DNA of 64,000 bases from an uncultured Alphaproteobacteria bacterium. Lineage in GTDB: Bacteria; Pseudomonadota; Alphaproteobacteria; Rhizobiales; Tepidamorphaceae. The DNA lies in assembly GCA_963816555.1 (NCBI GenBank), contig CAWFLD010000012.1:5058-69057 (forward strand), in the 5' to 3' direction. A program made the translations under genes and the position numbers. The notes beneath the pieces are model-generated. The model made no database searches, had not been told where the DNA came from, and saw only the letters and a program-made list of their open reading frames with translations. Positions 30,288 to 39,748 of this stretch are shown piece by piece (position 1 is the first letter of the stretch; every line of letters starts with the position of its first letter).

Positions 30288-30310
30288 CCCTCCCCTTTCC
30301 CGGGGGAGGG
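30288..30310. repeat. REP-like GC palindrome between convergent genes
   Basis: CCCTCCCC-TTTCCCG-GGGGAGGG hairpin; single copy seen in this window. Confidence 0.4.
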
Positions 30311-30324
30311 CCGGAAGCGCCGGC

Positions 30325-31272
30325 TCACGCGGCCCCGCCCTCGGCGAGGGCCGCCTTGTGGATCGCCTGCGCCGTCATCAGGTCGAGATGGGCGCCGCCG
30401 CCGTTCTTGAACACGGTGATCTCGTCGTCGCTCCTGCGCCCCTCGGCGCCGGCCACGAGGTCGAAGAAGTCGGCGACCACGGTGTCCTCGGTGATCACCC
30501 CGGCCTCGAGCGGGATCATCAGCTCGCCGATCTCGTGCACCGTCGTCTCGCGCGCGTCGACGAACAGCCGGCCCCTGGTCAGCGCCTCGTCGTCGGCCTC
30601 GCGCATGTCGGGCCGGTAGGCGCCGACGAGGTCGAGATGGCTGCCGGGCTTGAGCCAGGCGCCGCGGACCAGCGGCTCGGTCGCCATGGTCGCGACGCAG
30701 ACGATGTCGGCTTCGCCCACCGCCTCGTCGATCTCGCGGGCGACCGAGACGTCGAGGCCGGTGTCCTCGAGCCGGTCGGCGAGCGCCGCGGCCCGCGGCT
30801 CCGTGCGGTTCCAGATCATCACCCGCCCGATCGACGGCCGCACCGCGAGATGGGCGCGGATCAGCGGCTCGGCCTGGGCGCCGGCGCCGACCATGGTCAG
30901 CACCTTCGCGTCGCGGCGCGACAGGAGGTCGGAGCCGAGCGCGGAGTCCGACGCCGTCTTCCAGCGGGTGATCGCGGCCCCGTCGATGATCGCCACGACC
31001 TCGCCGGTCTCGCCGTCGAACAGCAGGAACTGCCCCTGCACCGCCGGCCGCGGCGGCGAGGCCTCCGTGTTCCCGGGAAACACGCTGACGGCCTTCAGGC
31101 CGATGCCCTCGCCGCTCTTCCACGCCGCCCGGACCAGCAGCGCCTCGCTGCGGTCGCGCATCAGGAGATCGTCGATCTGCGGCCTCGCTCCCGCGTGGCC
31201 CGCGCGCAGGGCTTCCACCACCATGCGCCAGTCGAGCAGGTCGTCGACCCTGTTCCGGTCAATGAGGATCAT
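30325..31272 (-). CDS. Ornithine cyclodeaminase / mu-crystallin family protein
   Basis: GLKAVSVFPGN, TRWKTASDSALG, VGAGAQA, HLDLVGAY, ITVFKNGGGAHLDL; GGAG RBS before ATG 31272. Confidence 0.88.
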   Translation of the reverse strand: MILIDRNRVDDLLDWRMVVEALRAGHAGARPQIDDLLMRDRSEALLVRAAWKSGEGIGLKAVSVFPGNTEASPPRPAVQGQFLLFDGETGEVVAIIDGAAITRWKTASDSALGSDLLSRRDAKVLTMVGAGAQAEPLIRAHLAVRPSIGRVMIWNRTEPRAAALADRLEDTGLDVSVAREIDEAVGEADIVCVATMATEPLVRGAWLKPGSHLDLVGAYRPDMREADDEALTRGRLFVDARETTVHEIGELMIPLEAGVITEDTVVADFFDLVAGAEGRRSDDEITVFKNGGGAHLDLMTAQAIHKAALAEGGAA

Positions 31273-31380
31273 CTCTTTCTCCAAGGTGGACATGAGCGAC
31301 ATTTACCCGTCGTGCATTTGGCAGCACAATCGCCCCCGCGGCGCGGCGGTCATGCGCACGGGCGCCCGAGGGGGACATTC

Positions 31381-34300
31381 ATGTCGACGATCCGGATCGC
31401 TGCGGCAGCCATCGCTCTCACGCTGGTGGGCCTCGCGCCCTCCTTCGCGCAGGACGCGGCCGCCGGCGGGCGCCACATCGTCACCGTGCCGGACGGCGAC
31501 TATTTCGGCTTCGACATCGGCACGCTGAAGAACGTCGAGCAGGCCGACTGCGAGCAGGCCTGCCTCGCCGACCAGGAGTGCCGCGCCTTCACCTACAACA
31601 CCCGCGCCAAGTGGTGCTTCCTGAAGAGCGCGGCGGGCGAGCTGCGCGGGTTCCCGGGCGCCGTCGCGGGGCGGGTGGTCGAGGGCGCGGCCCAGCCGGT
31701 GGCCGCCCTTCCCAAGCCGGAGCTCGGCTTCGTGCCCGACTGGATCCTCGACGACGCCAACACCGCCGCCGCCGAGGTGCGCGCGACGCCGCGCCAGGGC
31801 GGCACCGTCGCCAGCCTGCGCGCCGACGGCGACCGGCTGATGGGCCAGGGCGACCCGGAGGCCGCCGCCCGGTCCTATGCCGCCGCGGTCGCCCTCGCCC
31901 CGTCAGACGCCGCGGCCTGGATCGACTACGCGGTCGCCGCGCTGTCGGTGCAGTCGGACGACTACGGCACCCGCACGAGCTTCCAGAACCGGGCGCTCGG
32001 CGCGGCGATCGAGGCGATCCGCCAGGCCCGCGACGAGGCCCAGCGCGCCCGCGGCTACGCCGTGCTCGCGCGCGCCCTGGAGACGCGCCAGAACTATCGC
32101 CCGGCGCTCGAGGCCTACAAGCAGAGCCTCGCGCTGAACGACGACCCCGACGTCCGCAGCGCGTTCCAGACGCTGCGCGAGGCGGAGGGCTTCCGCATCG
32201 TCGACTACACCGTCAATTCCGACGCGCCGGACCCGCGGATCTGCGTGCAGTTCTCCGAGGAGCTGAAGAAGGGCCGCGTCAGCTTCGCGCCCTACGTGAC
32301 GCTGAACGGCCAGCCGGCGCCGGGCCTCGAGGCGAGCGGCCAGGAGCTCTGCGTCTCCGGCGTCGAGCACGGCCAGCGCTACCGGCTGACGATCCGCCAG
32401 GGGCTTCCCTCCGAGGTCGGCGAGGACATCCTCTCGACCGCCGACCTCGACGTCTACGTCCGCGACCGCTCGCCCGCCGTGCGCTTCTCCGGCAGCGACT
32501 TCGTGCTGCCGCGGGTCGGCACGAAGGGCATCCCCGTCACCTCGGTGAACACCGACAAGGTGAAGCTGTCGCTCTACCGGGTGCCGGCGCGCGCGCTGTC
32601 GCAGCTCTTCGACGACAACACCTTCCTCACGCCGCTGGCCGGCTACAGCGCCGACGAGATCGCCGACCAGACCGGCGAGAAGCTGTGGGACGGCACGCTC
32701 GACGTGCGCCGCGAGCTCAACGAGGAGGTCGTGACCTCGATCCCGCTCGACGAGGCGCTGCCGAAGCGCGAGCCGGGCGTCTACGTCCTCACCGGCCAGG
32801 CGGTGGGCGCCAACGAGGACCAGTGGTCGGACCGGGCGACGCAGTGGTTCGTCGTCACCGACACCGGCCTCGCCACCATGAGCGGCGCCGACGGCCTGAC
32901 CGTCTTCGCCCGCTCGCTCGACACGGCCGGGCCGCTCGCCGGCGTCGACCTGACCCTCGTCGCGCGCAACAACGAGGTGCTCGGCCACGCCAGGACCGAC
33001 GAGCGGGGCGAGGCGCGCTTCGACCGCGGCCTCGTCGCCGGCAAGGGCGGCATGGCGCCGGGCCACCTGACGGCCGAAGGCACGGCGGGCGACTTCGTCT
33101 TCCTCGACCTGACGCGCTCGGGCTTCGACCTGTCGGACCGCGGCGTCGACGGCCGCGAGGCGCCGGGCGCGCTCGACGCCTTCCTCTACACCGACCGCGG
33201 CGTCTACCGGCCGGGCGAGACGGTGCATCTCGGCGCGCTGCTGCGCGACGACCGCGCGATGGCGGTCGCCGACCTGCCGCTGACGCTGATCCTGCACCGG
33301 CCGGACGGCGTCGAGGACCGCCGCGTGACGAGCGGCGACGCGAAGGCCGGCGGCCGCGTCGTCGATCTGCAGCTCAATGGAAGCGCCATGCGCGGCAGCT
33401 GGCGGGTGACGGCACATGCCGATCCGGACGGGCCGGCGATCGCCGAGGACACCTTCCTCGTCGAGGACTTCGTGCCCGACCGGCTCGAGTTCGACCTGAC
33501 GAGCCAGGACGCGCGTGCGGCGCAGGGGCAGCCGGTGCAGCTGTCGGTCTCCGGCCACTTCCTCTACGGCGCGCCGGCGAGCGACCTCGCCCTCGAGGGC
33601 GACGCGGTCGTCACGCCGGTGCGGACGGTGGACGGGCAGGCGGGCTACGTCTTCGGCCTCGAGGACGAGGAGGCGCAGCCGGTGCGCGAGACGCTGACCG
33701 ACCTGCCGCGCACCGACGCCGAGGGCAAGGCGAGCTTCGCCGTCGACCTGCCGGACCTGCCCTCCTCCACGCGTCCCTTCGAGGCGAAGTTCCTCGTGCG
33801 GATGCGCGAGGGCGGCGGCCGGGCGGTCGAGGAATCGCTGACCCTGCCGGTCGCGCCGCCGACGCCGCTGATCGGCGTGCGCCCGCTCTTCTCCGGCGAC
33901 GCGCTTGGCCCCGGCGCCACCGCCCGCTTCGACGTGGTCGGCGTCGGCGCGGATGGCGGGCGCACGGCCCTGACGGGCCTGCAGTGGCAGCTCGTGAAGG
34001 TCGAGCACAGCTTCCAGCACTACCGCTCGAACGGCCAGTGGCGCGTCGAGCCGGTGACCTATACGAGCCGGGTGGCCGGCGGCACGATCGACGTCGGCGG
34101 CGACGGCGGCACGGCCATCGAGGCGCCCGTCGACAGCGGCCGCTACAGGCTCGAGGTGAAGAGCCCCGACCCGTCGGGCCCGATCACCAGCTACGCCTTC
34201 ACCGCCGGCTGGTACCAGGCCTCGCCGGACGACGAGAGCCCGGATTCGCTCGACGTGTCGCTCGACCGGCAGGACTACGCGATCGGCGGCGAGGCCAGGG

Positions 34301-36906
34301 TGACGATCGAGGCGCCGTTCGACGGCCGGGCCGTCGTCTCCGTGGTCGCCGACCGGCTGATCGAGACGCACGACGTCACCGTGAGCGGCGGCACGGCGGA
34401 GCTGACCCTGCCGGTGACCGAGGCGTGGGCGCCGGGCGCCTACGTGACGGCGATGCTGTTCCGGCCGATGAGCACGCCCGACGAGCAGGCGCGGCGCATG
34501 CCGGCCCGCGCGATCGGCCTGAGCTGGGTCTCCGTCGACATGTCGGCGCGCACGCTCGACGTATCGCTCGACGCGCCCGAGCTGATGCGGCCGCGCGGGC
34601 CCCTCGACGTCGGCGTCAAGATCGGCGGCCTCGATGCGGGCGAGAGCGCCTGGCTCACGCTCGCCGCCGTCGACGTCGGCATCCTCAACCTGACCGACTT
34701 CGAGCCGCCGGCGCCCGGCGACTACTATTACGGCCAGCGGGCCCTCGGCACCGAGATCCGCGACCTCTACGGCGCGCTGATCAACGGCCTCGTCGGCGAG
34801 AGCGGCCGCCTGCATGTCGGCGGCGGCGAAGGCGGCGGCGGCCTCCTGGCGAGCCCGCCGACACAGGAGCCGGTGGCGCTGTTCTCCGGCCTCGTCGAGG
34901 TGGGCCCCGACGGCACCGCGCAGGTGCCGCTCGACGTGCCGCAGTTCAACGGCACGCTGCGGCTGATGGCGGTCGCCTGGAGCGCCGACAGCGTGGGGCA
35001 GGCGACGAAGGACGTGACGGTGCGCGATCCCGTGGTCGTCACGGCGACGGTGCCGCGCGTGCTGGCGCCCGGCGACCATTCCCGCCTCTATCTCGACATC
35101 GACAACCGCGACGGGCCGGCCGGCCAGTACCTCCTCGAGATCGACACCTCGCCGGAGCTCTCTGCCGCGCCGCTCGGCTCCGCCGGCCAGATCGAGCTGG
35201 GCCAGGGCCAGCGGATCGCGACGAGCGTCGACATCCAGGCGCAGGCGATCGGCACGGGCAAGGTCACGGTGCGGCTCTCCCATCCGGGCGGGCCGGAGAC
35301 GAGCCAGGACCTCAACCTGCCGGTGCGGCCGGCGGCGCCGCGCGTCTCGGAGCGGCACACGGTCGAGCTCGCGCCGGGCGAGACGTTCAACCTCGACGCG
35401 GCGCTCCTGCAGGGCCTGCGGCCGGAGACGGCGTCGCTGACGGTGTCCGCGACGGGCGCCGGTCCGCTCGACGTCGTCGGCCTGATGCGCGACCTGCAGG
35501 CCTACCCCTATGGATGCTCCGAGCAGATCACGAGCCAGATGTTCCCGGCGCTGTTCTTCGGCAGCCTGAGCGAGAAGCTCGGCCTGTCGTTCAAGGACGA
35601 CGCGAACGGCAAGGAGATGACCCGCGACGAGGCGATCCGCACGGCGATCGACGGGCTCCTGTCCAACCAGTCCTCGTCGGGCAGCTTCGGCCTCTGGGGC
35701 CCCGGCAGCGGCGATCTCTGGCTCGACGCCTATGTGAGCGAATTCCTGACGCGGGCCCGCGAGCAGGGCTACGCCGTGCCCGATCTCGCCTTCCGCCAGG
35801 CGCTCGACAGCATCTCGAACGACCTCGCCTTCGTGAACGACATCACGGATGGCGGCGAGGCGGTCGCCTACGGGCTCTACGTGCTGGCGCTCAACCAGCG
35901 CGCAGCGATCTCCGACCTGCGCTACTTCGCCGACGAGCAGCTCGACAAGTTCGCGACGCCGCTCGCCCGGGCCCAGCTCGGCGCGGCGCTGGCCCTCTAC
36001 GGCGAGAGCGACAAGGCCAGGACCGCCTTCCGCTCGGCCCGCGACCTGCTGGCGACGCAGATCGCCGACCAGTCGGCCGACGACGGCCGGACCGACTACG
36101 GCTCCGCCCTGCGCGACGCCGCCGGCCTGCTGACGCTCGCGGCGGCGAGCCCCGGCGACGCGCCGGTCGGCATCGACGCGCTGACGCAGCTCGTCGAGGA
36201 GGCGCGCGCGAACCGCGACCGCCTGTCGACGCAGGAGGAAGGCTGGCTCCTGCGCGCCGCCCACGCGCTGATCGAGGCGGCGGACGAGGACCTGAAATTC
36301 GCGGTCGGCGGCGAGACGGTGCAGGGCATCCTCAGCCGCAGCTACGACGCCGCCGAGCTTTCGGCGGGGCCCGTGGCGATCCGCAACCTCTCCACGCGCC
36401 CGGTCAGCGTGGCCTTCACCGCGGCCGGCATCCCCGGCGACCAGCCCGAGCCGCGCAGCGAGGGCTTCCGCATCTCGCGCGACTATTACGGGCTCGACGG
36501 CGAGAAGGCCGACGTCTCCACGGTCGCCCAGAACGACCGCTACGTCGTCGTGCTCACGGTCGTGAAGGACGTCGACTGGCCGGCCCACATGCTGATCGAG
36601 GACCGGCTGCCGGGCGGCTTCGAGATCGACAACCCCGACCTCCTCTCGAGCGCCGACCTCTCGGCCTTCTCCTGGCTGCCCCAGGACGTCCAGGCGACGC
36701 ACACGGAGTTCCGCGACGACCGGTTCGTCGCGACCTTCGACACCGGCAGCGAGGCGGGCGAGACGTTCACCGTCGCCTACATGGTGCGCGCCGTGGCGCC
36801 CGGCAGCTACGTCCGGCCGGGGGCGCAGGTCGAGGACATGTACCGGCCCTACCTGTTCGGCCGCACCGAGGCCGGCACCGTCGAGGTGCTGGCGCCGCGG
36901 CCTTGA
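31381..36906 (+). CDS. Bacterial alpha-2-macroglobulin with an N-terminal PAN/apple domain
   Basis: Signal peptide; PAN motif CEQACLADQECRAFTY...WCFLK; YTDRGVYRPGETV; thioester motif YPYGCSEQ; VEDMYRP; followed by pbpC. Confidence 0.93.
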   Translation: MSTIRIAAAAIALTLVGLAPSFAQDAAAGGRHIVTVPDGDYFGFDIGTLKNVEQADCEQACLADQECRAFTYNTRAKWCFLKSAAGELRGFPGAVAGRVVEGAAQPVAALPKPELGFVPDWILDDANTAAAEVRATPRQGGTVASLRADGDRLMGQGDPEAAARSYAAAVALAPSDAAAWIDYAVAALSVQSDDYGTRTSFQNRALGAAIEAIRQARDEAQRARGYAVLARALETRQNYRPALEAYKQSLALNDDPDVRSAFQTLREAEGFRIVDYTVNSDAPDPRICVQFSEELKKGRVSFAPYVTLNGQPAPGLEASGQELCVSGVEHGQRYRLTIRQGLPSEVGEDILSTADLDVYVRDRSPAVRFSGSDFVLPRVGTKGIPVTSVNTDKVKLSLYRVPARALSQLFDDNTFLTPLAGYSADEIADQTGEKLWDGTLDVRRELNEEVVTSIPLDEALPKREPGVYVLTGQAVGANEDQWSDRATQWFVVTDTGLATMSGADGLTVFARSLDTAGPLAGVDLTLVARNNEVLGHARTDERGEARFDRGLVAGKGGMAPGHLTAEGTAGDFVFLDLTRSGFDLSDRGVDGREAPGALDAFLYTDRGVYRPGETVHLGALLRDDRAMAVADLPLTLILHRPDGVEDRRVTSGDAKAGGRVVDLQLNGSAMRGSWRVTAHADPDGPAIAEDTFLVEDFVPDRLEFDLTSQDARAAQGQPVQLSVSGHFLYGAPASDLALEGDAVVTPVRTVDGQAGYVFGLEDEEAQPVRETLTDLPRTDAEGKASFAVDLPDLPSSTRPFEAKFLVRMREGGGRAVEESLTLPVAPPTPLIGVRPLFSGDALGPGATARFDVVGVGADGGRTALTGLQWQLVKVEHSFQHYRSNGQWRVEPVTYTSRVAGGTIDVGGDGGTAIEAPVDSGRYRLEVKSPDPSGPITSYAFTAGWYQASPDDESPDSLDVSLDRQDYAIGGEARVTIEAPFDGRAVVSVVADRLIETHDVTVSGGTAELTLPVTEAWAPGAYVTAMLFRPMSTPDEQARRMPARAIGLSWVSVDMSARTLDVSLDAPELMRPRGPLDVGVKIGGLDAGESAWLTLAAVDVGILNLTDFEPPAPGDYYYGQRALGTEIRDLYGALINGLVGESGRLHVGGGEGGGGLLASPPTQEPVALFSGLVEVGPDGTAQVPLDVPQFNGTLRLMAVAWSADSVGQATKDVTVRDPVVVTATVPRVLAPGDHSRLYLDIDNRDGPAGQYLLEIDTSPELSAAPLGSAGQIELGQGQRIATSVDIQAQAIGTGKVTVRLSHPGGPETSQDLNLPVRPAAPRVSERHTVELAPGETFNLDAALLQGLRPETASLTVSATGAGPLDVVGLMRDLQAYPYGCSEQITSQMFPALFFGSLSEKLGLSFKDDANGKEMTRDEAIRTAIDGLLSNQSSSGSFGLWGPGSGDLWLDAYVSEFLTRAREQGYAVPDLAFRQALDSISNDLAFVNDITDGGEAVAYGLYVLALNQRAAISDLRYFADEQLDKFATPLARAQLGAALALYGESDKARTAFRSARDLLATQIADQSADDGRTDYGSALRDAAGLLTLAAASPGDAPVGIDALTQLVEEARANRDRLSTQEEGWLLRAAHALIEAADEDLKFAVGGETVQGILSRSYDAAELSAGPVAIRNLSTRPVSVAFTAAGIPGDQPEPRSEGFRISRDYYGLDGEKADVSTVAQNDRYVVVLTVVKDVDWPAHMLIEDRLPGGFEIDNPDLLSSADLSAFSWLPQDVQATHTEFRDDRFVATFDTGSEAGETFTVAYMVRAVAPGSYVRPGAQVEDMYRPYLFGRTEAGTVEVLAPRP

Positions 36907-38988
36907 GACGCGGCGTCGGCCGGTCGCTCGTCGGCGCCGGGGCGGCGATCCTCCTCGTCGCCGGCTTCGCGGCCGTGCTCCACGTGCTCGCGCCGCGCGA
37001 CACGCAGGACTTCGCCGCGCGCGTCGCGGCGGTCGAGACGTCGCGCGTCGTCGTCGACCGCGACGGCGGGCTGCTCAAGCCGTTCCCGATCTCGGAGGGG
37101 CGCTGGCGGCTGCCGGTGTCGCTCGACGAGGTCGACCCGCGCTTCGTCACGATGCTGACCGCCTACGAGGACCGGCGCTTCTTCGAGCATCCGGGCGTCG
37201 ACCCGGTGGCGCTCGTCCGCGCCGCCGTCCAGCTCGTCACCCATGGCGGCATCGTCTCCGGCGGCTCGACCCTGTCGATGCAGCTCGCCCGCCTGATGAC
37301 GCCCGGCCGGCCGCGGACGCTGCCGACCAAGATCGTGCAGATCGAGGAGGCGCTGGAGATCGAGCGCGAGATGACGAAGCGGCAGATCCTGACCGCCTAT
37401 CTCACGCTCGCCCCCTATGGCGGCAACGTCGAGGGGATCGCCGCCGCCTCGCTGACCTATTTCGGCCACTCGCCGCGCCGGCTGAGCGTGGCGGAGGCGG
37501 CCCTGCTCATCGCCCTGCCGCAGTCGCCCGAGGCGCGCCGGCCCGACCGCGACCCGCAGGCCGCGCGCGCCGCCCGCGACCGCGTGCTCGCCAGGCTTCG
37601 CGATGCCGGCGTCATCGACGGCGCGGAATATGCGAGGGCGGCGCGCGAGGACGTGCCGGACGGCCGACGCGACCTGCCGAACCACAGCCCGCACCTCGCG
37701 CTCGAGGTCGCCGCGGCCGCGCCGCAGGAGCCCCGCATCGCGCTGACGATCGACGGCGACCTGCAGGCGCGGCTCGAGGACCTCGTCGCGCAGAAGCGGC
37801 AGTTGCTGCCCGCCCACCAGTCCATGGCGATCCTCGTCGCCGACCACACGACCGGCGAGGTGCTGGCCGAGATCGGCTCCGCCGGCTTCCATTCCGACGG
37901 CCGCTTCGGCCAGGTCGACATGGTGCGCGCCGTGCGCTCGCCGGGCTCGGCGCTCAAGCCGTTCATCTACGGCCTCGCCTTCGAGGCGGGCGTCGCCCAC
38001 CCCGAGACGCTGATCGAGGACCGGCCGGTCGATTTCGACGGCTACCGGCCGACCAATTTCGCGCTCGACTTCCAGGGCACGGTGACGGTGCGCGAGGCGC
38101 TGCAGCAATCCCTGAACGTGCCGGCGGTGCGGCTGCTCGACGCGATCGGCCCGGCGCGGCTCGTCGCGCGGCTCCAGCGCGCGGGCGTCCATCCGCAGCT
38201 TCCCGACGGCGCCACGCCCGGCCTGCCGATCGCGCTGGGCGGCCTCGGCCTGACGCTCGACGAGCTGGTGACCGCCTTCGCGGGCCTCGCCGAGGGCGGC
38301 GAGCCGGTGGCGCTGCGCCGCCTCGCCGGCACGGCGCCGCCGGCCGGGCAGGCCAGCGAGTTCCTCGACCGCCGCGCCGCGTGGCTCGTCGCCGACGTGC
38401 TGGAGGGCACGCCGCCACCCGCCGGCCACCTGCGCCAGGAGATCGCCTTCAAGACGGGCACCTCCTACGGCTACCGCGACGCGTGGTCGGTGGGGTTCGA
38501 CGGGAAATACGTGGTCGGCGTCTGGGTCGGCCGGCCCGGACGGGGCGCCGGTGCCGGGCCAGAGCGGCCGGCGCGCCGCGGCGCCGATCCTGTTCGACGT
38601 CTTCGCCCGGCTGCCCGGCAAGCGCGTGCCGCTGCCGCCGGCGCCGGCCGGGACGCTGATCGCCCGCAACGGCGCCCTGCCCGCCGCGCTCCAGCGCTTC
38701 GCCGGCGACCGCACTCCCGGCACGGCGCAGGAGCCGGCGCCGGTGATCGTCTTCCCGCCCGACGCCTCGCGCGTGGCGGCGAGCCGCGGCCCCGGCGGCG
38801 ACATCCGCCCGCTGGTCGCCAAGCTCGACGGCGGCCGCCCGCCCTTCCGCTGGTTCGCGAACGGCCATCCGATCGCCACGGAGCGGCGGCGCGAGCAGAG
38901 CTGGCGGCCGGACGGCCTCGGCTTCTCGACCCTCACCGCCGTCGATGCCGAAGGCCGCTCCGCGAGCATCACGATCTTCGTCGAATAG
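36903..38988 (+). pseudogene. pbpC: Penicillin-binding protein 1C with an apparent +1 frameshift at about 38535 (may be a sequencing error)
   Basis: YEDRRFFEHPGVD, GGSTLSMQLARL, RSPGSALKPF, SLNVPA, KTGTSYGYRDAW. CGG CCC GGA C breaks GRPDG; the C-terminal domain continues in ORF 38551..38988. TTG start overlaps the A2M stop. Confidence 0.88.
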
Positions 38989-39039
38989 CCCCCGGCCGCC
39001 CGCCGCGCCGGGGGCGACATCGTGCCCTCGTCTTGCGCG

Positions 39040-39064
39040 GGAACGGATGCATGCCCGCCGCGTT
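39040..39064 (+). promoter_or_regulatory. EcfG-type promoter motif
   Basis: GGAAC-N16-CGTT, pointing toward a short ORF and the single-domain response regulator. Confidence 0.65.
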
Positions 39065-39366
39065 GAGGGTACCGACGGAGTGTTCGTGATCACAGTCTTC
39101 GGCATGACCGCACCCGATCGGGCCCACGGCCCCGACCGGGGCGAAAGCCATTGCTGCTTCGGGGGCAATCACAAGGTCGATTTCTTCGAGACATTAACGA
39201 TTTGACAAGTTTACGGGTGAAATCTTCGTCAATCCGGCGCAAATTCCCCGTCGTGAAATGGATGGTGTACGACGTGAGATATCCGCGTCTCATGGCAGCT
39301 AGGGGACCCCTAGGCCTAGGCGGCTTCGCTGCAGGTCCCTCACCATGGACAGGAGAGGCGGCGAAT

Positions 39367-39735
39367 ATGAGCCTGGGCGGGAAACGCGTTCTGATCGTCG
39401 AGGACGAGATGCTTCTCGCGCTCGACCTCGAGGAAGGCCTGCGAGACGCCGGCTGCGAGGTCGTGGGCCCGGCAGGCAGCCTCCGATCGGCCCTGCGGCT
39501 GGTGGAGAGCAGCGAGATCGACGCCGCGATCCTCGACGTGAACCTTGCCGGCGAGCGGGTCTTCCCGGTCGCCCACATTCTCTGCGAGCGCGGCATCCCC
39601 TTCGTCTTCGCCACCGCCTATTCCGGCTCGGACGAACTCTACCCGAGCGAGGTGCGCGACGTGCCGCGGCTGTCCAAGCCCTACACGGTCGGCCAGGCCG
39701 TGGCGACGCTCGACCGGATGGTCACCGACTGCTGA
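39367..39735 (+). CDS. Single-domain response regulator of the FAT GUY type (MrrA/SdrG-like)
   Basis: RVLIVEDEMLLA, DAAILDVNL, IPFVFATAY, LSKPY; next to HWE kinases. Confidence 0.88.
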   Translation: MSLGGKRVLIVEDEMLLALDLEEGLRDAGCEVVGPAGSLRSALRLVESSEIDAAILDVNLAGERVFPVAHILCERGIPFVFATAYSGSDELYPSEVRDVPRLSKPYTVGQAVATLDRMVTDC

Positions 39736-39748
39736 CGCGGTCTGCCGC

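Noticed and set aside
31578-39089. 2503-aa ORF and the antisense 1599-aa ORF
   Set aside because: Arg/Pro/Gly-rich off-frame readings of the macroglobulin gene; only the part from 36903 (pbpC) is real.
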